Positions 1 to 19,226 of a stretch of DNA of 64,000 bases are shown here, piece by piece (the stretch's first letter is position 1; the number at the start of each line of letters is the position of its first letter). The position numbers and the translations under genes are program-made. This stretch comes from Euglena gracilis (taxonomy: Eukaryota), in assembly GCA_039621445.1 (NCBI GenBank), contig CP154954.1:1798001-1862000 (forward strand). Direction: 5' to 3'. The notes beneath the pieces were generated by a model, which saw nothing but the letters and a program-made list of their open reading frames with translations, made no database searches and was not told the origin of the DNA.

Positions 1-3878
<3,878 letters not shown>

Positions 3879-4004
3879 TTAAAATAATTTCGTTTTATCT
3901 CAAATTTTTTTGAATATTTTTTAGTATTTTTTAAATACGTTAAATTTTATAATTTTTAGAATAATGTTTAAATTTTTAAGTTCAAAAAGATCTTTTATTT
4001 TTTT

Positions 4005-4169
4005 ATGGCGGTTCCAAAAAAGAAAATGTCCAAATCTCGTAGAAACTCAAGGAAAAGTAACTGGAAAAAAAAGGTGCTTAAAAAAGTTCTTTTTGCTCTT
4101 TCTTTAGGAAAATCTTTTGAAGCGAATACTAATGTTAATTTTTCTTTTGGAGACAAATTACCACAATAG
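4005..4169 (+). CDS. rpl32: 50S ribosomal protein L32
   Basis: Manual translation MAVPKKKMSKSRRNSRKSNWKKK...DKLPQ*. Confidence 0.93.
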   Translation: MAVPKKKMSKSRRNSRKSNWKKKVLKKVLFALSLGKSFEANTNVNFSFGDKLPQ

Positions 4170-4203
4170 TGCTGTGATAATATGTAAAATTGTAATTATT
4201 TTT

Positions 4204-5160
<957 letters not shown>

Positions 5161-5271
5161 ATAAGGTTTTTCTTTGAGATAGGAAATTTCAAAGGACATA
5201 TTTATATTTTATTAAAAAAATTTTTTAATATAGAATTTTGTTTATTGTTAAATTTATTTTTAGTTATTTTT

Positions 5272-6973
5272 ATGAAATTAAATTCTATTGAAGTAATAGG
5301 TAAGTTATGGATTTCTTAAAAAATTTTTTATATTTATTTTAGATTTATTATGAATCATATAATTTTTTTAATTTAATTTTTTAAAAATTTTTTATTTAAC
5401 TAGAAAATCTTCTATTGCCAAAATAATTCTCTTCCTTCCTAAAGATGGTGGTGGTGAAATTTTGATTAATGGAGAAAAAGCTTTTAACTATTTGCAGTTG
5501 CGAGTTCTAAAAGTCTTTATTTAACATTTCCAAGTTAAGGGAAAAAAAATAATCTCGTTTATTTAAATTTTATTATTGATTTTTATTTAATAATTTTTAA
5601 GCATTTAATAGATTTATTATTTTTTAATTTAATCCTAAAGATGATAAATTTCGAGTTAATAATTGAATTTAAATTAAGTTTAAGATAACAGTTGAAATTT
5701 TTAATAAAGTTAAATCGATATTAATATAGTTGCACATATTAATATACTAATATACTTCTTGGATAGAAATTCTTTTTAATTTGAAATCAAAATATTCAAA
5801 TTTACCTTAGACGTAAGAACTAAATTTTTTTATAATTTTTATATTTTATTCGAAAGACTTTCTTTAAATTATGATATACAAATATAAAAAAGTAAATGAT
5901 AGATTATTAAACATTGTTATAAATTATCTTTATTGTTCATAAAATTTTAATTAAGGAAGTATTTATGAAAGTTATTCTATTTTATTTTAATAAACTTTTT
6001 ATGAGCTGGATACATTTATTGATGTTTGTCCAGTTCTTTTGAGGGAAATAATTTATCAATTTTATTTTCTATCAACTAATAACCTTCGTTGAGAAAAAGA
6101 ATTTTTAAAATGTTATTTTTAATTTTTGTTTGTTTAATAAACTATTTTTTTATATATTTTTTCAAGTATTTACAATCTAAATAACGTTGAAAGTTGTATT
6201 TGTGTTTTATTTGTATTTTTTAATTAGTTTAGTTTTTTCTATTGCAAAACATTTTTTTTGTTTTAAAAATTAGAAAGTTATATTTTTATTCTATTGTAGT
6301 CCGTTCGAACTTCTTAACATTAATAATTATAAAGTTCATGCTTATGTAAAAGGAGGAGGCCTTTCTGGTCAAGCAGATGCCATTTTATGATTTTTAAGCG
6401 TTATGACCGAGTAATACCAAAAATTTAAAAAAATTAAAGATTATATTTTTGTTTTATATTGTAGAAATTTTATTTTATGTAAAAAAACTTGCTATATCAA
6501 AATCATTAAGCGTTTTTATAGAAAAGGAAGACAAAAAAAAACTGAAAGTGAACGGTTTTTTAACACGAAATTCTTTGTGTAAAGAAAGAATAATTTTGTA
6601 TATTTAAGTCCTATTATTTTTTTGTATTAACTTTGTAACACTATTTACTATAAAGTTAATTCAAATATGTAATTTTTCATTAATTATTATTCATTTTATA
6701 AAAAATAGTTGTTTATATTATATAATTTCTTTTTAATTTTAAAAACAATTTTATTTTAATAATAGGGAAAGTATAGTTTTGTATAATCGTTACAATCTCT
6801 AACAATAGATTATTAATTAAAAAAAAGAAAATAGTATCATCTATTTCAAAAGCTTAATCTTACATTTTTTAATGAAATAAAAAAGATGTTTAGTTTTGTA
6901 ACAGAACTTTTTTCTAGTTTATTAATACGGTTTGAAAAAAGCGCGCAAAGCGCCACAATTCTCAAAAAGATAG
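5272..6973 (+). CDS. rps9: 30S ribosomal protein S9, split by several group II/III introns
   Basis: Exon pieces RKSSIAKIILLP...ILING, VHAYVKGGGLSGQADA, GFLTRNSLCKER, YGLKKARKAPQFSKR*; internal boundaries approximate. Confidence 0.9.
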
Positions 6974-7071
6974 AATCTTCTTATTTTTTAAGAATAACTT
7001 CTTAATAGGTATATGTAAAAATTTTTGTAGAAAAATTTTATTTTTTTTATTATTGAAGAATTATTTTTATT

Positions 7072-7571
7072 ATGTCAACAGAAACAGATGAAATTTTAGA
7101 AAGACTTAAAAAAATTACTTTACTAGAAGCTTACGAGCTAGTTAAACAAATTTTGGGGTTTTGTAAAAAAATTTTATTTTTTTTAGCTTTTATTATTATA
7201 TTTTACATAAAATAATATTTATAATTGTTTCTGATTTAGAATATTATTACTTTTTTGAAAATACCTTCGGTGTTGATGCTACTATTGCTTTGTCAGCTAG
7301 TAATACGAATCCATCAATTTTACCTTCAAAAGCGGATGAAACTGTAGTGGAGGAAAAAACTGAATTTGATGTTATCATCCAAGAAGTTCCAAGTGCAAAA
7401 AGAATTAATGTTATTAAAACTGTCCGTAGTTTAACAACATTAGGTCTTAAAGAAGCTAAAGATCTTATTGAATCTGTTCCAAAGGTTGTATGTGAGGCTG
7501 TATCAAAAGAAGTAGCAGAAGAAACTAAAAAACTTCTAGAAGAAGCAGGAGCTTCAATAATTATTAAATAA
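7072..7571 (+). CDS. rpl12: 50S ribosomal protein L7/L12, one ~100 nt group III intron (~7153-7256)
   Basis: [27 protein letters not shown] then [10 protein letters not shown]...[12 protein letters not shown]...LEEAGA. Confidence 0.95.
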
Positions 7572-7760
7572 GTTTATACATAACCTTTAAATAATATTTT
7601 TATTTATTCTATAATTATTAGTTGTTTTCTTTATTGATTTTTTTAATTATTTTTAAAAATTGTATAAAAGAAGTACAATTCTTTTTTATAAAAGTGATTT
7701 AGTATATATTTTAGTTTTTTATATTTGGTTTAAGTGTAAAATGTTTAACTTTTAGTTATT

Positions 7761-7958
7761 ATGCTTTTATTTACATTTACGTTTCAAGCTTTAGTTTTAG
7801 CTCTAATTATTTTCTCTTTTATATTGGTTCTTACGCTGCCAGTTATTTTTGCTTCTCCTAAAGGATGGGAAAATAACAAATCTCGTATTTGGTTGGCGTG
7901 TCGCTTCTGGTTTTTTTTATTTTTTTTAATAGGAATATTGTATGTTATTTTCTTATAA
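7761..7958 (+). CDS. psbZ: Photosystem II protein Z (ycf9)
   Basis: FQALVLALIIFSFILVLTLPVIFASPKGWENNK matches the PsbZ pattern. Confidence 0.92.
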   Translation: MLLFTFTFQALVLALIIFSFILVLTLPVIFASPKGWENNKSRIWLACRFWFFLFFLIGILYVIFL

Positions 7959-8123
7959 TTCATTTTTTTTCTTTTTTTTATTTTTGATGAATTTTGATCT
8001 AAGAATATAGTTTAAATTAATTTAAAAAATTATGTTTTGTTTAACAATAAATCCTTATTAATTTTAACAAAAATTATTTTTTTTCTTTTTTTATAGAACG
8101 TAATTATTTATTATGAATCTTTT

Positions 8124-8894
8124 ATGAAATATTTAAAAATATATGTTTTAAGAAGTAGGCTATTAAAAGATGGTAATTTGGCTTTTTTTAAAGTAAAAAA
8201 TCTACAATTTTTTGATAAAAACTTTTTTGTTACTGAAATTAGAAGGTATTTATTACTAGATTTGTTTAGATAATTTAATTAAATTTACAATATTTTAAGA
8301 TTGTTAATAAAAGAAATAAATTTTTCCTAATAAAAAATTTATATAAATATTCGTTATAATTGAAAGATTAAGATCTATTTTTTTGAGAGTTGGAACATTA
8401 CAAATGTTATGTTCTTTGTCACAAATAATTTAAAAAATACTAGTACTTTTCATGTTGTTCACAACTTTTTAGGTTTAGAAGAGTTAAAACAAAGTTTACT
8501 CGAAATAACTAAAAAATTCAAACTTCTACGTTTTAAATTATGTTCAAAATCCTACCAAGGTAATAAATTTTTTGCTGTTTTAAATGCTTTTGAAGTGAAA
8601 GATTTTTTATCAGGAGATATAATATTTCCTCCTCATTTAAAACTACTAAATTCACGAGAATTATTGTTTACTAAAATTTCCTTTAATATTACTTTAAAAA
8701 TTTTATTAAAAATAGAAGCAAAAAAAGCCAGTTTTCAAAAGCCTATTAAAAGATTAAATTTAATTATAGAAAAAGATGAATTTTTTGATAATTATATGAT
8801 TTTTGATCTGACTACAGATGGAAGTGTTACACCTTTCAATGCATTTATCAAAGCATTGCAATCTTCTAATTTAGTTACTTTAACTAATGCATAA
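8124..8894 (+). CDS. rpoA: Highly divergent plastid RNA polymerase alpha subunit, one group III intron (~8262-8360)
   Basis: Exon 1 ends TEIRRYLLLD (RpoA LRRxLL). Exon 2 has GLEELKQSLLEI, DIIFPPHLKLLN and FDLTTDGSVTPFNA (RpoA TDGSxxP). Confidence 0.8.
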
Positions 8895-9007
8895 ATTTTT
8901 TTAATATTTAAATTTAAATTAAGATCAAAATAATTTTATATTATTTATAATAAAATATTGTGATTTGTATTAAAAACGTCAAATTTATTTTAATTTTCAT
9001 TTTAATT

Positions 9008-9092
9008 CGGAGAAGGAGGGATTCGAACCCTCGGTAGCAAAAACTACGCTGGTTTTCAAGACCAGTACTTTAAACCACTCAGACACCTCTCC
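9008..9092 (-). tRNA. trnS: tRNA-Ser(UGA)
   Basis: Reverse complement folds as a cloverleaf with long variable arm; anticodon loop CT-TGA-AA; GGTTCGAATCC T-arm. Confidence 0.95.
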
Positions 9093-9102
9093 TTTCTGTT
9101 TT

Positions 9103-9176
9103 TCGGGATGACAGGATTCGAACCTGCGACCCTTGCATCCCAAATGCAATGCGCTACCAAACTGCGCTACATCCCG
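9103..9176 (-). tRNA. trnP: tRNA-Pro(UGG)
   Basis: Reverse complement CGGGATGTAGCGCAG...TT-TGG-GA...GGTTCGAATCC. Confidence 0.95.
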
Positions 9177-9271
9177 ATAAGGTTTTCTTTATTATTTATA
9201 ATAAATTTACAAAAATCGTTATAGATTTAATGAACGTATTTGTATGAAATTGAAAGGTAAATTTTATTTAG

Positions 9272-9403
<132 letters not shown>

Positions 9404-9431
9404 AAATTTGAAGTATTAAAACTAAAGAATA

Positions 9432-10162
9432 TTAAAAAAAATCTTTAGTTTTAAAAGGAAGTAAGCCTAAATAGCGTGCTTGTTTAACTTTTGAATATAC
9501 TTTTATTAAAATGTAGTCATAATATTAATCTTTAAAATGCGTATATTTTAATCTACTAAAGAAAATAATTTTAATTTTTAATTAAATAATTTAAATTATA
9601 TTTTAATTTTTAATTAATTTTTAATCTTACAATTTTGTAATTTTTAAAAAATAAGAACAATCATTTTACAAATTTATATTAAAAATAACTAAATGTTTTT
9701 CAAAATATAAAGAATTTTATAAAAAATATGTATTTGTTTTTAAAATTTTTGTGGAATACTCAATTTTATTGTTTTAATGTCACTATTATTTTTACTATTT
9801 TTTAATAATTTTAACGTGAAAACATAATATGTTTTTTCTTAGAAAGACAAAAAAATTTTTTATTGTTTGATTATTGATATTATTGTCATTTTAATTTTTT
9901 TAATATTTTAAATAAAATCAAAAAGATTTTCTTAGAAGACGGTGCTGTTTATATGTTAATTTAGGTTTGTTTAATCGTTTTGGAATTATTTTACCTTGAA
10001 AGTTTATGAATCTTCTAAGAATATTAACATTTTTATAATCAATAAGTGCTGGGTATATGATAAAAATTCTTTCTAAAATTTTGTTAAGATTTATATTAAA
10101 AATAATTTTATTTTATAATATTTTTATTTTAATTTATTTAAAAGTACAATCACAAATTTCAT
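9432..10162 (-). CDS. rps18: 30S ribosomal protein S18, two introns (second ~435 nt)
   Basis: [25 protein letters not shown]...KQHRLLRKS / [12 protein letters not shown]; the tiny first exon (ATG at 10162) is inferred. Confidence 0.9.
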
Positions 10163-10347
10163 AAAGTTAAAACATCTTATAACATAAATAAATTTAATAT
10201 AAATTTAGTTAAAATTTATTAAATTTGTTCCCATTATTAAGGGAAAAATTTTGTTTTTTATTTACTGAATTTTTTAAAGTTTTTCATTTATTCGGGCAAA
10301 TACATAGATATTATTGGCATATTTTTACTATTATAACTAATATCGAG

Positions 10348-13021
10348 TTATTTAATTCTTTTTTTGAAATTTTTTTTTAAATCAATAATAGTGAATTTAA
10401 GTAATAATTCTGCCTCTTGTGTAAAAGTTTTAGTTTTATTTATTATTTCTTTAAAAGTGGGTTTTTCATTATTGATGTGCTCTCGTAATTCTATAAGGAA
10501 TCCCCTAACATCTTCAAGATTTATATCGTCCAAGTATCCATTAATACCTGTATATATTGTTGCCACTTGATCTGCTACTGACAATGGTGAAGCTTGAGGT
10601 TGTTTTAATAATTCTCTTAATCTTGCACCACGAGCCAATTGATTTTGTGTAGCTTGATCTAAATCTGACGCAAATTGTGAAAAAGCCTCTAATTCTGCAA
10701 ATTGAGCTAGTTCTAATTTAAGTTTTCCTGCTACTTGTTTCATAGCTTTTATCTGCGCAGCAGATCCAACTCTTGACACGGAAATACCTACATTAATAGC
10801 TGGACGAATCCCCGAATTAAATATGTCGGCTGATAAAAAGACTTGTCCGTCCGTAATAGAAATAACATTTGTAGGTATGTATGCTGAAACATCTCCTGCT
10901 TGAGTTTCTACAATTGGTAAAGCTGTCATACTTCCTTGTCCTAATTCATCACTTAATTTAGCTGCTCGTTCTAATAATCTTGAATGTAAATAGAATACAT
11001 CTCCCGGATATGCTTCGCGTCCAGGTGGACGACGTAGTAATAATGACATTTGTCTATAAGCTTGTGCTTGTTTTCGTGATAGAAAATTTAAATATAACAA
11101 TTTCTTCATAAAGAATCGTGCATGCAAGTTTTAGTGCACACGGCTCAAATCAATAATTATAATAATAATATTTTTAGTTAATAATAATAATAATTCTTCA
11201 AGGTTTACTAGTAATAATATCCAAAAAACAATTTTAAATAGTACTTTCTTTTATTTGTAAATTAACTAATCTTGAAAGACTTTCATATCAAAGAATAAAT
11301 ATAAAAAATATTATTTTTAGCAATATATTTTTGTTAGTTGTTATACCCTTATTTTTAAGAATTATTATTAAAATTTTATAGAAAATAGAAAACATTAGTA
11401 AATTACGATTATATTATCTTTCAAAAAATTATAAAATTTTTAGTTTTTTGTGTTCAAAAAATTTTACTTAAATAATACTTACAATCAAAAAATAAGAGTT
11501 CAATTATTGACAAAATTTTAATAAAAGCTTAGTTCGTTTAATTTTGTGTTTTTAATGTTTATAAATCTTTCATCTAAATATTCTTTAGTATAAAAAATAA
11601 CAATAAGACTTTTACAACTCGCAATGAAAGATCATCATAAATAACTAACGTATGTTTTCCATTATACACGTTGGTAAATATAATAATTACTCAATATATT
11701 TCCTTTCAGAAACGTACATGAAGCTTTTACTTCATACGGCTCCTATCATATGAATAATTTCTTTTAAACAAATTATAAAGTCATATTTTGTTTACGAAAT
11801 TGCAAATGTTATCAAATTTTGGGTTTATTTTTTTAATTAATTAAAAATTTTAACATTAATTCAATTCGCTTTTATAATTTTATATTTAGCATTTTGTTAA
11901 CCTAAAATCCATATAATGGGAAAAAAATTATAACCTAACAAGTTTCTCTTTCTATTTTAATAAAAAGATTTTTTGTTTATAATAATTTAGTTAAAAAATT
12001 ATTAAATAATTTCATAATTCAATAATGAAATTAAGCATAATATTACAGACAAATAAAACAATTTTAAGACAATAATTCTATTTTAAATAACCTTTTTTAT
12101 TTCCATATAACTACTTTGCTTCATGCTTTAATGTATAATATAATTGAAGATTACAATTTAAATAAAAAATTTATAAGAATAAAAATTAATAATTTACTTA
12201 TAATAAAAAAGAGATTTAAAATTTTTAATTATGTTTTTTATAAAATTTGTTTTAAGACAACATGCCGCACTGAAATATTCCGCCAAAGCTGCACCTGTAT
12301 AAGGAGCTAAATATTGTAGTGTAGCAGATGAATCCGCATTTTCTGCAACTATTATTGTATATTCCATAGCCCCACGTTTTTCTAACGTAGTTACTATTTG
12401 TGAAACAGAAGACGCTTTCTGTCCAATAGCTACGTAAACACAAATAACCCCTTGTCCTTTTTGGTTTAAAATCGTATCTGTAGCAACAGCTGTTTTGCCT
12501 GTTTGGCGATCACCAATAATAAGTTCGCGTTGTCCTCTTCCTATTGGAATCATTGCATCTATCGCAATTAATCCTGTTTGCAAAGGTTCATGAACTGAAC
12601 GTCTTGAAACAATACCTGGAGCAGGAGACTCTATTAATCGTGTTGTAAATGATGCAATATCCCCTTTTCCATCTATAGGACGTGCCAAGGCATCAACAAC
12701 TCGACCTAAAAAACCTCTACCTACAGGAATTTGAGCAATCTTTCCTGTTGTTTTAACTGAAGCACCTTCTTTTAAATTAGTAGCTTCGCCCATTAAAACG
12801 GCTCCAACATTGTCAGCCTCTAAATTCAAAGCAATTCCAATAGTACCTTCATCAAATTCTACAAGTTCGCCCGCCATCACTTTTTCAAGCCCATAAATCC
12901 TAGCTATTCCGTCCCCTACTTGAAGCACAGTTCCTACGTTAACAATTTTTAATTCTTGACGATATTTCTTTACCTGTTGACGAATTATCCTAGTAACTTC
13001 ATTCGGGCGAACTCTGATCAT
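10348..13021 (-). CDS. atpA: ATP synthase CF1 alpha, two group II introns (~11071-11625, ~11668-12268)
   Basis: GDRQTGKT Walker [24 protein letters not shown]; short middle exon ([13 protein letters not shown]). Confidence 0.98.
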
Positions 13022-13125
13022 AGCTTGGGCCTGGGGCATATATAGACAATGCTAAACATATAAATACAAAATTAATAAGTCAAAATTTTCAACATAAACA
13101 ATACATATATGTATTTAGTTTTTTC

Positions 13126-15283
13126 TTAGTATTTAGGTTTTAATTTCTTAAGCGACATTTTTTCCATTTTTTTCAGAATAATTTTTTTATGAATTTTTGA
13201 ATTTAGACGTTTAATAATAGTCGCTTTAGCTTTTTGACAGGCTTGTGAATATAAATTTTTAAAAATTTCTCTAACAGATTTTTTATCTTCCGTTCTTAAT
13301 ATTAAACGCTTTGATTGCTTTAAACGTTTAATATCTTCATTAACGGAAGAACGAATTATATCAAAACTTTTAAGGCGATAAAGTAGTTTTTTAATACTCT
13401 TATCCGAAACCATACACGATTTATTTCCAATCATATGGCTATTCAATTAAAATTGTATTTTATTTGTTTTATTATAAGTTTGAAAATAATTTGAAACAAA
13501 TTTTATAAATTGAAATTGCGTTTGTAAATTAGTATTTTTTATAAACCAGCTTTTTTAGCAAAAAATTTACCTATAAGAATCGTCCTTTTATAATAATTTT
13601 TATTACTTCGTTATTTTTACTGATAATATATTACTAATAAATATGATTGTTCACCAAAAGTTTTAAGATAGTTAACATAATATAAAGTTGTTTTATTACA
13701 AATTTTTATATTATTTTCTTATAGTTATATTAATTTCTTCTCAATAACATAATATAACCTAACTTGATAAGCAAAATTATACTTAACGGTGATTGAAGAA
13801 ACATTTTGATTATCTATTTTATAAAATGTGAAATAAAAAATTAACAATGAAAAGTTTATAATCTTATTTTTCTCTTGCTTATAATATTTCTATAATTTTC
13901 ATGATAAGAGATAAATTATTCTTTTAAAAATATTTAGTAAAATACTAATTTTAGAAATTTCCTCTATTCCCATAAAAATAAATATAATTTTAAATAGACG
14001 AATCACACAAAATGTTGTACCATTAGAACGAATTAAAGAAGCTTTTTTAGCTGCATTTTCAAATTCAAGTTCAGCAAGATATAAAGAACTTTGCGAAGAA
14101 CGGATCTTTTCATCAATATCTAAAATATTTTTAATTATAGTTTTTTTTCGCGTTTTTAGTAAATCACTTAAATTAGATAAAAATAAAATTTTCCTTTCAA
14201 AAAGGTATGAGCAAAATTTTTTGCATACGTCTTAAATCTATATAATATTCATTAATATCTATTTCAAAATTATCGGAAATTGATCTTCTATCTTTAAAGA
14301 ATTTCTATAATTTTTAAGTTTAAAATTAATGATAAATATTTTAATGTTTTTAACATTACCGTTGTATTAAAAAATAAATGATTCTTACTTATAAAAAATT
14401 TAACTTATAATAATTATAACTGTTATCACAACAAAATTACATAAAAGCTTTTATATAAAATTATTTTTTAAAATATAATTTATATTAATTTTACTGAATT
14501 TGTAAAATTAAAATTAAAAATAATGACTAAAAAGTTAACTTTCCATAATAAAACAGGGTTCCAACTACTATCGCTAAATTTATAATATTCGTTTCAAAAA
14601 CATTTGTATTTATACCGAAAGTCTTAGCGTTAGAAATGATAGTGAAAATATTAAAATTATCAATTATTTAGATAGATATATAATGAGAAAATTCTCGATA
14701 TCCCCAAATACACCGTATTTGAACTTTTCAGATCATACAGCGTTTTAAAAATTTAAAAACAACACTTTACCTATTAAATTAAAATATTTTTTAAAATAGT
14801 TCTAGAATTATCTTTCAAGTTTAATAAGAAAAACAATAATACGAAATTCCAACTTTAATAAATATTTTTATATTTCATATAACAACGTATCTTAATTTTA
14901 ATGTTTTTTAATCATTAGGTTTAATATTATGTTCAAATTATAATAGAAGTGTTTAAAATTTTTAAAACATGATATTAAAAAAAATTTTTATTATAAAAAT
15001 TTAGTATATTTTAACTACAATTTATTATTAATATATTTGTAAATTATAATTTAAATAAATCTAACCTTTGAAATAACATGTATAAACTTAATCTACCGTT
15101 ATTCCGGCAAATATATTTATTCTAATTGAAAAATGAATAATATTTGTAAAAATAGATTAAAATTTTTTCGCAATGTAATCTTTTTCATGTAAAATTATTA
15201 AAATAAGATTAATAGCCAAACAGCCAAATTTAACTAAAAATTTTAGAAAAGTAATTTATTGTCATTAACGTTTCACACACCAC
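13126..15283 (-). CDS. atpF: ATP synthase CF0 subunit I (b), three group II introns, probable GTG start in a 5-nt exon
   Basis: FGINTNVFETNIINLAIVVG, LSDLLKTRKKTII, last exon ...KSFDIIRSSVNEDIKRL...; lies between atpH and atpA. Confidence 0.9.
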
Positions 15284-15398
15284 GATATTTTTTACACAAT
15301 AGTTGCTTTCATTTTAGGAAACCTCAAAATATAAACTATACAGTATTATACTCTCGATTAAATTTTAAAATTTTTTTATTAAAAATCTAATATTAAAA

Positions 15399-15662
<264 letters not shown>

Positions 15663-15776
15663 TTATTGCTTAAAAGTTAAATTTTGAACTTTTAATTTAA
15701 TTAAATTAAAGAATAAAGGATTGAATATTAAAAATTAATACTTGGGTAATAAAATGTTACTTAATATCACTTACTA

Positions 15777-17392
15777 TTAATGATGACCTTCCATTGCTTC
15801 ACCGATATAATTTAGATAAAAATAATCCTTCATAAACTAAAAAAAATAATAGTATTAATTAGTTCTATAATTGTCATTATAAAAAATACAAATTTTAATA
15901 AATGGGAAATCGCGTTGATCCAGACAAAGTTGCAAAAATTAAAGCTTGAATACCACTAGTAAATAAACCTAAAAAAATTAAAGGAACAGGAACAATTAGC
16001 GGTACCAAAGAAACCAATACCGCTACTACTAATTCATCTGCTAAAATATTACCAAAAAGTCTGAAACTTAAGGAAAGAGGTTTAGTAAAATCCTCCAAAA
16101 TATTAATGGGCAATAAAATTGGAGTAGGTTGAACATATTTTTTAAAATATGTTAAGTTTAATAGAATTTAAATTCTTTATTAAGTAATTAATAAAAAAAC
16201 TATAAAATTTATATAAATTAAAGTAAGCTTAGTAAATTTAAAATTCTTTAATAAAATATACGACAAAACCTTTTTTGTTAAGTCCAGCATAAAAATACGC
16301 TAAAGATGTCAATATAGCAAGTCCTGCCGTAGTATTAAATAGATAGAAAACATCCTCTTAAAATTTATACCTACATTACAAAACGTATATAACTTACAAT
16401 TATAAAAAAAAGATCTAACAACTACACTTTAATAAATGTTGAGTCTTATCTATAAATAAATAATAAAATTAATAAATACATATTTGTTTTATCAGAAATC
16501 TTTATCAACTATAAATGTTAAAAAAAAAAAAGGATATTTTATTGCAAATATTTAATAAATTAACCAAATTTTAGAGTTTCAGACAAATAAAATTACTTTA
16601 TTAATTCCATTGCTTTATAAACCATTTTGAATAAACTTTTTATGATAAATTCAAAACGCACATATCATTTGTAGGTGCTCCCAACTCTCCATTTGGAAGT
16701 TCAATAATTTTCCAAGGAATTAGTGCCCCTGACCAATTTGACACAAAGATAAATAAAAACATAGTTCCAATATAAGGAACCCATTTTGAATATTCTTTTT
16801 CACCTATTTGAGTTTTTGAAATGTCTGTTATAAATTCTGTGACAAGTTCTATAAAAATTTGTTTGTTTGCTGGTACTAAAGTAAGATTTTTTGTAGTATA
16901 AATACTTAAAAAACCTATTATTAATATAACAATCCAAGAATTAATTAATACTTGCCCGTGAATTTGAAAACCTAAAATTGACCAATAAAAGTGTTGCCCA
17001 ACTTCTTAAAAATAATAAAATATTTTTAAATATTCTTATAAATAGCAATAAATTTGAATTAAAGTTTCTACATCTGAACTTTTAAATGAAAATTATTTAA
17101 ATCGCAAAACATTAGCAATTTTTAAAAGTTAAAATTTTCTTAGGAAGTATTTAATCAAAATATTTATATTTATAAAAAATCCGAAAAAATTTTTATTGTT
17201 AAAAGAATGTTTAATTTTTAAAATCAACAGAAAAATGCCCGAAATAAACATGTTTACAGAAAAAATTTTTTAAAAAAGTTTTAACTAAAAGAAGAAGTCT
17301 TAAAAATTCAAAAAATTAAAAAATATAATTAAAACAAACTTCATATGAAAGGGATTGAAATCACAAAAATAATATAATAAAACAATCTTCAT
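15777..17392 (-). CDS. atpI: ATP synthase CF0 subunit IV (a), several introns
   Basis: EVGQHFYW...[56 protein letters not shown], ...EAMEGHH*. Confidence 0.95.
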
Positions 17393-17434
17393 TTCTCGAA
17401 AAATAAAAAATTATTATGAAAGTCACTGAAACCT

Positions 17435-18858
17435 TTAAGAAAGTTTTTTGAATTTTTTATACTTATCAAATTTTTGTCTTACTTTGTTGTTAACGCCCCG
17501 ATTTATGGAATTACAAAGAACACTCAAAATTAAAGAAACAGAAAGAATAGAATCATCATTTGAAGGAATAGGATATTTAGTAAGTGTGGGGTCACAATTG
17601 GTATCTAAATAAAATACGCATTTAATTTAAAAATTAATACGCTTCATCAAACTGAACAAGAAAACGATTTAAAGTTTCATACAGCTTTGAATAATTATTT
17701 ATTTAAAGTTATTAAAACTTGTTACAAAAAAACAAAACTTTTTCATTATTTAATTTTTAAAAATTATTCATAAACCTCAAAGGTAGTTTATTGTTATATT
17801 AAAAACTATATTACTAAATAACAAAATAAAATATCGAGAAATAATTTGTTACTATATTCATTCAAATTTAATTGTAATTATTTAATAATTAATTCTAATA
17901 ATTATTTTTAAAGAATTTTCATTTTATAAATTTTTTATTCTTTAATAAAAAAAATTCTACTATGGAAAAAAGAGATACTTAAAACATGAATAACGCACTA
18001 TAGTTATACTAGCAATACCTAACTTTTTACATTCACGTACAGCATTTATCTCCTTGTTTTGTCCTATTATAATAACAATTTCAGGACGTTCAGTCATATC
18101 TCTCATACCGGAAAAATATTTTTTAAGCTAATTAAATAGAATATTCTTTCGATTAATTATCTAGTTTGAAAATAAATATATTTATAAAAATTTTAAAATT
18201 TAGTTAAAAAATAAAAATTGAGTCACATTTAATTTTTTTTTTTTAGTACTAAACGTTCTTTTTTTGTTAATAAGTTGTGATGCTTTTCTTTTTGTTTTGA
18301 TTTTAGCATAAAATTTTATTGCAACAAAAATAAAATAATCCCAAAATTATTCTTAATTTTATAATTAAATGTAATTTAGTTATAAATAAAATTTATAATT
18401 TTTATTATCAAAAAATTGCTTTAATTTATTTATGCAATTTTTAATTGTTATCCAATTTGTCAATATACCGCCCAACCAACGTTTTGTTACAAAAAAAGAA
18501 TTACATTTTAAAGCGATTTTTTGTGTTAAAATAGAAAAAAAGCGTTTTGTACAAACAAAAAGAGCCATTAAGATTAAAAATTTTTCTAATAAATATTCAT
18601 AAAAAATTTATAAAGCTTTTTAAAAAATGCTAAAATCTAACAGATTGGTTTTCATAAAAAGTCACAACTTTTACCTTTACGTACAGAACGTATAAGGAAA
18701 TTGCAAGCTTTTTTTAAACAAACTATAGTCTGTAACAAATCGATAATATGAAGACCTTTGCGTTCTCCATAAATATAAATTCTCATTCTTGGATTCCATT
18801 GTTTAACCTTATGACCAAGATGAACACTAGAATTAAGCATTTTTTCTACAGTAATCAT
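17435..18858 (-). CDS. rps2: 30S ribosomal protein S2, four introns
   Basis: [54 protein letters not shown]. Confidence 0.95.
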
Positions 18859-19028
18859 ATTTAATTAAATTTAAAAAACGAGTAGCGTAACATACATATA
18901 AAGAAAATAATAGTTATAAAAGATATATAAAAATATTTCATAAAAAAAAATTTTCTTTATTATTTTAAGAAGTAAATACCGGAATCATCTATGTATTTTT
19001 TGTTTTATTGTTTCTTCAATTCTCTTAA

Positions 19029-19100
19029 AGACGACACCCAGAATCGAACTGGGGAATAAAAGATTTGCAATCTTCTGCCTTACCGCTTGGCCATGCCGCC
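19029..19100 (-). tRNA. trnC: tRNA-Cys(GCA)
   Basis: GGCGGCATGGCCAAGCGGTAAGGCAGAAGATT-GCA-AATC... Confidence 0.95.
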
Positions 19101-19101
19101 A

Positions 19102-19174
19102 TGCTAGGAACCAGATTTGAACTGGTGACACAAGGATTTTCAGTCCTCCGCTCTACCAACTGAGCTATCCCAGC
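19102..19174 (-). tRNA. trnF: tRNA-Phe(GAA)
   Basis: GCTGGGATAGCTCAGTTGGTAGAGCGGAGGACT-GAA-AATCC... Confidence 0.96.
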
Positions 19175-19226
19175 TATTATTATTATAAATTAATTTATAC
19201 TTATATTATTATAAGTAAATTTAAGT

